A stretch of 32,000 nucleotides of DNA from an uncultured Opitutales bacterium (GTDB lineage: Bacteria > Verrucomicrobiota > Verrucomicrobiia > Opitutales > Intestinicryptomonadaceae): positions 252,681 through 284,680 of the forward strand of contig CAKTSY010000004.1 in NCBI GenBank assembly GCA_934613415.1, read 5' to 3'. Below the pieces are notes generated by a model. The model saw only the letters and a list, made by a program, of their open reading frames with translations. It made no database searches and had not been told where the DNA came from. Each line of letters begins with the position of its first letter. The first letter of the stretch is position 1. The position numbers and the translations under genes were made by a program. This document shows positions 26,010-32,000 of the stretch, one piece after another.

Positions 26010-27242
26010 CTATTTCTCTATGCAGTTCTTAATAATTTCAAAATATTTTTTTGTCTGCAAAACTTTGTCTACGTTAATTTCGCTAAACTTTCGGGCATTT
26101 TGCCCCATTTGCTTTAAAGTGTCGCGCTCGGCATAGGCTTTTAAGAAAACTTCGGCAAGCTCTTTTGCACTGCCATGGGCAACAGTGTAGCCCAAATTGT
26201 TCTTCTTTATAATTTCGGCAATTTCGCTATTTTGGTCTACAATGGAAAGCACGGGCGACCCCGCCGACATTATCACCCAAGTTTTAGACGGCAGCGACAT
26301 TCTTGAAACGCCCGATTCTATCGAAACCATTTCGATATCGCCAATGCCGTAGATTTCAGACACGCGCGAAATTGGCTGCAATGGAAAAACCGAAACGTTT
26401 TTCATTTTATTTTTTGCGACATATTCAAGCAACTGCTTTTTGTACGAGCCGTCGCCTATAAGCACAAAATGTATGGGTATATTTTCTACCATCTTTATTG
26501 CCTGCAATATAAGCGGCCAACCCTGAAAATAGCCAATGTCGCCCGCATACGAAATTATAAATGGGCTTTTGTCTATGTTAAGCTCGTCCATTAGGCGGTT
26601 TTGGCTGCGCGGCACGGGGCAAACCGTTTTGGTATCTGTCCAATTATATACCGAAAAGACTTTGTCGGGGCTGCCGCCGTTTTCCACTATGGTTTTTTTC
26701 ATATCGGCCGAAATTGTTATTACGGCACTTGCCGCTTTGTATACGCGCTTTTCCATATATCTAAAAAAGCGTATAGCCGGGTTTTTCTCGCCCAATTTTT
26801 TTATGCGAATTAATGTATCGGGGAAAAGGTCTTGCGCATTGTATATTACGGGCGCGATTTTAGAAAGCAAAATGCCAACCCACCCCAAAAATGGCGGCGA
26901 AGAATATATTAAATAGGCATCGGTTTTTATCTTTTTTGCCTGCCTATATAAGATGTAGCTTAATTGTAGATATTTTAGCATGCGCACAAAAAGCCCGCCG
27001 CCTTCGCCGCTTTTCGAGCCGAAACGCTTTACAGTAAGGTTTTCGGAAATCTTTTCTATACTATGCGAAATGTAGTATTCGCGCTTTTCCGGCGAAATTT
27101 TCCTTGATGGAAACCCTGTTACAACTGTAACTTTTGCGCCGTTTTCGGCAAGCTGCGTTATAAGCTCGTTCTGCAAGGGGTGGTTTTCCTTGCACAAATA
27201 ACCTGTTATATAAACTATATTCATACCTACGCTGTTTAGCAT
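26010..27242 (-). CDS. Glycosyltransferase family 4 (WcaI/WbuB-like)
   Basis: 410 aa. GT-B pattern with N-terminal MNIVYITGY (alternative ATG at 27224). C-terminal half has the typical E-x7-E-like region (VSIESGVSRMSLPSKTWVIMSAGSPVL). Family call is by eye. Confidence 0.75.
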   Translation of the reverse strand: MLNSVGMNIVYITGYLCKENHPLQNELITQLAENGAKVTVVTGFPSRKISPEKREYYISHSIEKISENLTVKRFGSKSGEGGGLFVRMLKYLQLSYILYRQAKKIKTDAYLIYSSPPFLGWVGILLSKIAPVIYNAQDLFPDTLIRIKKLGEKNPAIRFFRYMEKRVYKAASAVITISADMKKTIVENGGSPDKVFSVYNWTDTKTVCPVPRSQNRLMDELNIDKSPFIISYAGDIGYFQGWPLILQAIKMVENIPIHFVLIGDGSYKKQLLEYVAKNKMKNVSVFPLQPISRVSEIYGIGDIEMVSIESGVSRMSLPSKTWVIMSAGSPVLSIVDQNSEIAEIIKKNNLGYTVAHGSAKELAEVFLKAYAERDTLKQMGQNARKFSEINVDKVLQTKKYFEIIKNCIEK

Positions 27243-27397
27243 AAAAAATTCGTAGAAATTCTTTCAAACAAGCCGTGGCGTGTCGAGTTTTTTCACTTAG
27301 GGCAATATGGCGCAAAAAATGGTTGAATTTTTTTGCATTAGCCTAAATTTTGCAGAATAGGGCAAAAACACGCTATGTATTTCGGCAAATTGTTGAC

Positions 27398-27434
27398 ACA
27401 AAAAAAGCCCGCAAACCTTGTCGGAATGCGGGCT
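27398..27434 (-). terminator. Rho-independent terminator after tRNA-Leu
   Basis: Stem agcccgca (27406-27413) and tgcgggct (27427-27434), 13-nt loop. T7 follows on the minus strand. Confidence 0.6.
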
Positions 27435-27440
27435 AATTTT

Positions 27441-27526
27441 TGGTGCTCGAGGGGGGACTTGAACCCCCACGCACGAGGTGCATATGAACCTGAATCATAC
27501 GTGTCTGCCAATTTCACCACTCGAGC
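27441..27526 (-). tRNA. tRNA-Leu (anticodon CAG), class II with long variable arm, CCA encoded
   Basis: The reverse complement is GCTCGAG-TG-GTGAAATTGGCAGACAC-G-TATGA-TTCAGGT-TCATA-(TGCACCTCGTGCGT)-GGGGG-TTCAAGT-CCCCC-CTCGAGC-A-CCA. Acceptor and T stems are perfect. 86 nt. Confidence 0.9.
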
Positions 27527-27600
27527 AAAATTTGCGTACTACGCAATTTTTAAAAGTAAAGATTTTTTATATGGGCGGTTTTTAGTCAAGGCTTAAAACT

Positions 27601-27631
27601 TAAAAAATAAGCGCACAAGTTTTTTGTGCGC
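27601..27631 (-). terminator. Rho-independent terminator after small lipoprotein gene
   Basis: Stem gcgcacaa (27611-27618) and ttgtgcgc (27624-27631). On the minus strand it is followed by TTATTTTTTA. Confidence 0.65.
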
Positions 27632-27643
27632 CGTTAAAAACTT

Positions 27644-28027
27644 TTACTTTGCAGCAAGTTGCTTGCCAATTGCCGCTTTTACATTGTTTATGTACCTTAT
27701 CGGCACAATTGCCTTGCCGGATATATTCGAGCCTTTCGAATTTACGTTTATCTGGTTTTCGGCAAACGTTATGTAAAGCCTTGCCGACATTCCCCTGTGG
27801 TCTAGGCTTGCGCTAACGACGTCGCCCAAATCTTTAACCTGCCACTTTTTCATTACAAGGGCGTTAATAGTTGCCTTGCGCAATTCGGCTTTGCTGCCTA
27901 CATAGTAAAAACTTGTGTCGTATTGTTGCGCCTTTGCCATTTCGTAGCCCTTATCTGTTGTAGGCGTTGTGCACGAAACGCAAGTTAGCGAAATAATTGC
28001 AAATAAAACTAATAATAACTTTTTCAT
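27644..28027 (-). CDS. Small lipoprotein of unknown function
   Basis: 127 aa. Leader MKKLLLVLFAIISLTCVSC has a lipobox-like Cys. I recognise no other motif. Confidence 0.6.
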   Translation of the reverse strand: MKKLLLVLFAIISLTCVSCTTPTTDKGYEMAKAQQYDTSFYYVGSKAELRKATINALVMKKWQVKDLGDVVSASLDHRGMSARLYITFAENQINVNSKGSNISGKAIVPIRYINNVKAAIGKQLAAK

Positions 28028-28267
28028 ATATTTTTGTTAAATTTCAAAAAACGCTACAAATTTCTTGCCGAAAATTCAACGTTAAAAATCGGCACCAATC
28101 AAAATAGAATATAAAGAATTCACCCTAAGAGCTTTTTATTAAAAAATTGGCAATTTTTAAAACTTTATGCACTTTGCCTACAACCTTTCAAATGCCATAA
28201 AATATGGCAGCTTGCCCATAAAACTAAAATTTGCTTTAACCCCTTTCCCCTACCTATAAATAGCAAA

Positions 28268-28297
28268 AATAAAAGCCCTTCGTTACTACGAAAGGCT
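28268..28297 (-). terminator. Rho-independent terminator after pentapeptide-repeat gene
   Basis: Stem agcccttcg (28274-28282) and cgaaaggct (28289-28297), one mismatch. On the minus strand it is followed by TTTTATTTTTG. Confidence 0.55.
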
Positions 28298-28324
28298 CTT
28301 GTTGTGTTTAATTGTTATGAGATT

Positions 28325-30058
28325 CTATCTTCTTTTGCGGTATACTGCCAACCCCAACGCCAATGCGCCAAAGATTGCCGCAACGGTTGCAGGTTCGGGA
28401 ACCTGCGTTGCCAAAATTGTGAACTTGTTTTCGTTTATCTCGCAACTCCAATAACCGTTAAAGGTTTTGCCCTTAATTGTTAGATATAGGCTTTCGTCGG
28501 GCTTTAGGTCTTTTAGACTTGCTATGTTCGAATCGCTTTCAAACGAAATTAAATCGAACCTATATTCAACATTATCTAAAAGGTCTTCGGTTATGTTCAC
28601 GGTAAGTTTGCCGTCTATAACCAAGCCTGCCAAAGACTCTATGTAAATTTGTGTAGGGTCGCTTAAGGAAGTATCTATTACAAGAACACCATTTTCGGCT
28701 ATAGTAAGCGTCTTTTTGTTTACTACGTCTAACCTTGCCCCTGTGTCTAACTTAAGGGTTGCCCCACCAGAAACAGTTGCGTCGCTTTCCGAAACTTTAG
28801 CACTAATCATTTCCCCACCGCTTGTAGCAGGTATATATTTGCGAATGGTAAAATTGTCACTAGCAGATTCCATCGAAAAGTTTTTTATAATGCCGTCGGT
28901 CCAGATCACATTTTGCATTTTGGAAACTAGCGGAATATCACTGACATGCCCTGAAGTACCAGAAGACTTGATTGTTGCACCACGCAACTCAATACTAATC
29001 AATGTTGAGTTAGACCAGCATGCATCAGTAAGATTAGAATTAGAAAAATTAACCCTTGTCAAAACCGATGAGGCAATGTAGAAATTCGCCCCCGTAAGAT
29101 CCAGACCAGATAAGTCGAAATCTGCCAAATCACCGAACCTAATATTGGTAATATCTGATGCGGAACGTAATTGTATGTCAGTTAAATTTTTTATACGATA
29201 GAGATCCGCACCAGATAAATTAGCATTGGCAAAGTTTGTATTTTTCACATTTGCAGCAAGAAATTTTGAATTCGAAAGATTCGCGCTTGTAAAATTGGCT
29301 CCCTGCAGATTTGCATTTGTAAAATAAATCTGTGAAACATCTGCATTTGTAAAATTGGCATTCAAAAGGCTTGTGTTATAAAACAAGGATGACCTAAGAT
29401 TAGCATTGCTAAAATCAGTTTTTATTAGTCTGCCACTACTAAATATAGACATACAAAGGTTTAATCCAGATAAATCAAAACCATTAAGATTCAAATTTCC
29501 AAAATCCATCTTAGAAATATTAGAAGCCGAACGTAATTGCCTGTCAGTTAAATTCACAATTCCATTAAGGTTTATGCCCGAAAGATTGGTATTTGTAAAA
29601 TCGACATTTTGAACATTGGTAAAGCTTAAATCAGAATCCGAAAGGTTTAATCCAGATAGATTGAAATTACTTATATTTACGGCATTTAGATTAATTTTAG
29701 TTATATCAACAGCGGAACGTAGTTGTGTGTCAGTTAAATTTTTTACATATTTAAAATTTACACCCGAAAGATTCGCATTGGTAAAATTTGCATTTTCTAG
29801 GTTTGCTCCAGAAAAACTTGCATCGGAAAGATCCGCATTTGAAAAGTTGGAATCAGTGTAAATCGATGACGCTCCAGATACCCAACCATTTGAAAATATA
29901 GTCCCAATAGCCGAAACACCTACCCAACTTGAATTTTTATAGGAACTCCCAGAAAAATCTTCGCCGCTTACATCTTGTCCGTCAAAAACTTCGTTATCGG
30001 CAAAAGCGATAGTTGCTCCAAAAAGGAATATCGTAAATAGTTTTATATTGTTTTTCAT
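28325..30058 (-). CDS. Secreted pentapeptide-repeat protein with C-terminal PEP-CTERM sorting signal
   Basis: ORF 28325-30244, trimmed to the ATG at 30058 (MKNNIKLFTIFLFGATIAFA-DN signal). Long runs of A(D/N)LxX pentapeptides (NFSNADLSDASFSGANLENANFTNANLSGVNF...). The C-terminus VPEPATVAAIFGALALGLAVYRKRR combines a PEP motif, a TM helix and a basic tail. Confidence 0.85.
   Translation of the reverse strand: MKNNIKLFTIFLFGATIAFADNEVFDGQDVSGEDFSGSSYKNSSWVGVSAIGTIFSNGWVSGASSIYTDSNFSNADLSDASFSGANLENANFTNANLSGVNFKYVKNLTDTQLRSAVDITKINLNAVNISNFNLSGLNLSDSDLSFTNVQNVDFTNTNLSGINLNGIVNLTDRQLRSASNISKMDFGNLNLNGFDLSGLNLCMSIFSSGRLIKTDFSNANLRSSLFYNTSLLNANFTNADVSQIYFTNANLQGANFTSANLSNSKFLAANVKNTNFANANLSGADLYRIKNLTDIQLRSASDITNIRFGDLADFDLSGLDLTGANFYIASSVLTRVNFSNSNLTDACWSNSTLISIELRGATIKSSGTSGHVSDIPLVSKMQNVIWTDGIIKNFSMESASDNFTIRKYIPATSGGEMISAKVSESDATVSGGATLKLDTGARLDVVNKKTLTIAENGVLVIDTSLSDPTQIYIESLAGLVIDGKLTVNITEDLLDNVEYRFDLISFESDSNIASLKDLKPDESLYLTIKGKTFNGYWSCEINENKFTILATQVPEPATVAAIFGALALGLAVYRKRR
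29100..29760. repeat. Three diverged intragenic repeat modules inside the pentapeptide gene
   Basis: DNA blocks around 29101-29200, 29459-29560 and 29643-29745 share cores such as ccagataaRtcRaaa and cggaacgtaRttgt-tgtcagttaaatt. They encode the repeated peptide NLTD(T/R/I)QLRSA(V/S)(D/N)I(T/S). Confidence 0.6.
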
Positions 30059-30063
30059 AGCTG

Positions 30064-30522
30064 TTATTTTGTTAAAAATGATACAATCAAGTCGCAGATA
30101 TTTGACTCCATTACGGTTCTTTCGTCGTTGTTTTTGCAGGGGAAAGTACTTAAATTGAATTTTACCTTGAACCCATGTTGCGGTAGTGAATTGAAAATAT
30201 ATTCTCTTACAGAGCCTGCTGTGTCTACTGAGCGCGAAACGCACACCAGAACGTCTATCCTGTCTTTTATTATTCCAAATACGCGTTCAAACTCCTCTTT
30301 GAAATCTCCGTTGCTGGCTAATCCGACACGCTTGCCACCGATGGACAAAAAGACAGCAAAAAAGTCATGCCCATACGATAAATCGGGGATTTGGCAACTT
30401 GATACCTCATTCCCGTTAAATGTATGTTCTGATTGAAGCGAACATAACTGCATATAAATCATTCGCAAAGTCGAAGATTTTCCCGAATTTGCGCATCCAG
30501 AAACTAAAATAACATCTTTCAT
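30064..30522 (-). CDS. Small P-loop NTPase-like protein, unknown function
   Basis: 152 aa. N-terminal Walker A MKDVILVSGCANSGKSSTL. Possible Walker B RIDVLVCV. Its stop lies 5 nt before the start of the pentapeptide-repeat gene. No signal peptide. Confidence 0.6.
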   Translation of the reverse strand: MKDVILVSGCANSGKSSTLRMIYMQLCSLQSEHTFNGNEVSSCQIPDLSYGHDFFAVFLSIGGKRVGLASNGDFKEEFERVFGIIKDRIDVLVCVSRSVDTAGSVREYIFNSLPQHGFKVKFNLSTFPCKNNDERTVMESNICDLIVSFLTK

Positions 30523-30540
30523 AAAAATACAAAGATGATT

Positions 30541-30558
30541 ATCGTATTATAAATACGA
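30541..30558. promoter_or_regulatory. Palindromic operator-like element, copy 1 (TCGTATT-N3-AATACGA)
   Basis: ATCGTATTATAAATACGA. Exact reverse complement of 30717-30734. Lies 19 nt upstream of the P-loop gene ATG. On the gene strand it contains TATAAT. Confidence 0.5.
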
Positions 30559-30716
30559 CAAGCATTTGCTTTGTTGCAAGCTTTTGAAAAACATAAAATT
30601 ATATGTTTTGCGTTGTAAAAAAATGTCTTTTAAATCTGTTCCAACCGCTCAGCCGATTTTGCATAAGTTATTTTATGCAAATAATTCAAACTATCTTTTG
30701 AATTTATATTTGACAT

Positions 30717-30734
30717 TCGTATTTATAATACGAT
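30717..30734. promoter_or_regulatory. Palindromic operator-like element, copy 2 (TCGTATT-N3-AATACGA)
   Basis: TCGTATTTATAATACGAT. Contains TATAAT (30724-30729) and abuts or overlaps the integrase ATG at 30733. Confidence 0.5.
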
Positions 30735-31878
30735 GAACACTATATTAAATTCGGCTAAGAAAGTTTTAGGAGAAACGAAAGTTTCGGTTTTAGACGCGGC
30801 AAGGTTTACCAGAAATGTCCTAGACGCAAAACCAAACAACAGCAAATTTACCGATGCGCAATTTGTTTTAAAAGTTATTGAAGTTGGTTTGCGAAATATT
30901 CGCACTAAAGAAATGAACTTTGCCGACGGATTTGCTATGTATTTAAAAAGCAAGCAACATTTGCGCCCAGATTCGCTAAGAGACATTCGCTGTATTGGAA
31001 ATCGTCTATTGAAAACAAAACCCGAACTTGGCAGGCGCAATTTTTCGGAACTTAGTGTGTCGGAATGTGAAGAGTGGATAAATGCGGCGTTTCACACTCC
31101 AGCTCAATTCAAACGCACTGCGAATGAGATTTTGCCGAAGGCAAAAGACCCGAAGGGCGAATACAAGCCAAAGGCGCGTATAGACGCGTTTACAAAACGC
31201 ACCGAAAGGCACGCAGCGGCGTGTCAAACGGCTTACGGAGTAAGCGCGAGTCAATTCAACAAGGCTAGAACTATGTTGCACGGGTTGTTTGAATTTGCAA
31301 TTCGTCGCGAGTGGTGCGACAAAAACCCTGTTAAGCGAATTTTAAGAAAAAAGGTAATAGAAAAAGAAATTTTACCCCTTAAGCTATCTGAAATTAAAAG
31401 AATTATAGCCAATGCTAAAAAAGAGCATAACGGCATATATTTGCCTGCCGTTGCCCTTTTGATTTTTGCTGGCATTCGCCCGCGCGAAGTTAGGCGGCTA
31501 ACTTGGCAAGATATTGATTTGCAAGAAAACACAATAACAATACGCTCGCAATGTTCAAAAACAGGAGGGGTACGCCAAGTAGAAATTATGCCGCAATTAA
31601 AGCGCATTTTGCTAAGCTATAAACCGCAACCCCAACAAAAAATTTGTCCTAGCAACTGGCAGTGGCGATGGCGTAAGATTCGGGATAATTCTGGCTTTCG
31701 CGGCCGCTGGGTGCAAGACGTTTTGCGGCACACCTACGCTAGTTTTTTTGCGAAGTGTTTTAAAGATTTGGCGAGGTTGCAGGTAAACATGGGGCACAGC
31801 AACCAAATGCTTTTGCAGCACCGCTACATAAACATGCGCAACATTTCCCGCGGCGAAGCAAAATGCTTTTTTAATTGA
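30733..31878 (+). CDS. Tyrosine recombinase / phage-type integrase
   Basis: 381 aa. Catalytic pattern visible: Arg in FAGIRPREVRRLTWQDIDL, LRHTYASF (R-H), and GHSNQMLLQHRYIN (His and nucleophile Tyr). Confidence 0.85.
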   Translation: MNTILNSAKKVLGETKVSVLDAARFTRNVLDAKPNNSKFTDAQFVLKVIEVGLRNIRTKEMNFADGFAMYLKSKQHLRPDSLRDIRCIGNRLLKTKPELGRRNFSELSVSECEEWINAAFHTPAQFKRTANEILPKAKDPKGEYKPKARIDAFTKRTERHAAACQTAYGVSASQFNKARTMLHGLFEFAIRREWCDKNPVKRILRKKVIEKEILPLKLSEIKRIIANAKKEHNGIYLPAVALLIFAGIRPREVRRLTWQDIDLQENTITIRSQCSKTGGVRQVEIMPQLKRILLSYKPQPQQKICPSNWQWRWRKIRDNSGFRGRWVQDVLRHTYASFFAKCFKDLARLQVNMGHSNQMLLQHRYINMRNISRGEAKCFFN

Positions 31879-32000
31879 CGAGCGCCATAGTCAAGCAAAT
31901 TCAAAAAGAGGGGCAAAAGCCCTAAGCAAATTCAGCTCAGTGGCATCAACATCAGCTCTAGCCCCTCCATAACGCAGAGAGGCGCAAACCCCATTCGGGA

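Noticed and set aside
27441-27526. tRNA-Leu as the attachment site of the integrase-bearing element.
   Set aside because: The integrase lies 3.2 kb away on the 5-prime side of the tRNA. I could find no direct repeat of the tRNA 3-prime segment in 27527-32000. This is kept only as a weak possibility in the findings.
28054-28067. CTACA-AATT-TCTTG half-site 27-40 nt upstream of the small lipoprotein gene.
   Set aside because: Only one arm matches and there is no sigma-54 -24/-12 element nearby. It is probably a chance match in AT-rich DNA.
30710-30729. Perfect TTGACA (30710-30715) and perfect TATAAT (30724-30729) upstream of the integrase.
   Set aside because: The hexamers are only 8 nt apart, far from the 16-18 nt spacing needed for a sigma-70 promoter, so they cannot work together as a -35/-10 pair.

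Overview
Bacterial chromosomal window; nearly all genes lie on the minus strand and no rRNA or CRISPR was seen. Content from left to right:
- Blc-type lipocalin.
- Two-gene glycyl radical enzyme (GRE) plus activase operon. The GRE carries a textbook twin-arginine (Tat) leader.
- tRNA-Thr(UGU).
- RND efflux pair (adaptor plus permease).
- Divergent pair of secreted proteins: a TIM-barrel isomerase-like protein and a beta-helix protein.
- A co-directional nitrogen-assimilation supercluster: glnK-amtB-glnN (type III glutamine synthetase), dapF-like, an aminotransferase, a GAF/AAA+/HTH sigma-54 activator, gltB and glutamine-dependent nadE.
- GT4 glycosyltransferase, tRNA-Leu(CAG) and a small lipoprotein.
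- An AT-rich patch holding a secreted pentapeptide-repeat protein with a PEP-CTERM anchor, a tightly coupled 152-aa P-loop protein and a divergent tyrosine integrase.

Main hunt results:
1. The Tat-leader GRE has a Cys loop reading GCWN instead of GC-x-E. Its activase is minimal and has no leader.
2. Three near-identical sigma-54 -24/-12 promoters (TGGCACGC-N3-[TA]TGCT) sit in front of glnK, gltB and nadE. Tandem arrays of a CTACA-N4-TGTAG palindrome lie upstream and match neither the NtrC nor the NifA site consensus. The embedded GAF-type activator is the likely binder.
3. The DapF homolog has both catalytic cysteines replaced by serine.
4. Two copies of a 17-bp palindromic operator bracket the integrase / P-loop divergent region.

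All calls come from reading the sequence and ORF translations by eye; no database search was run.
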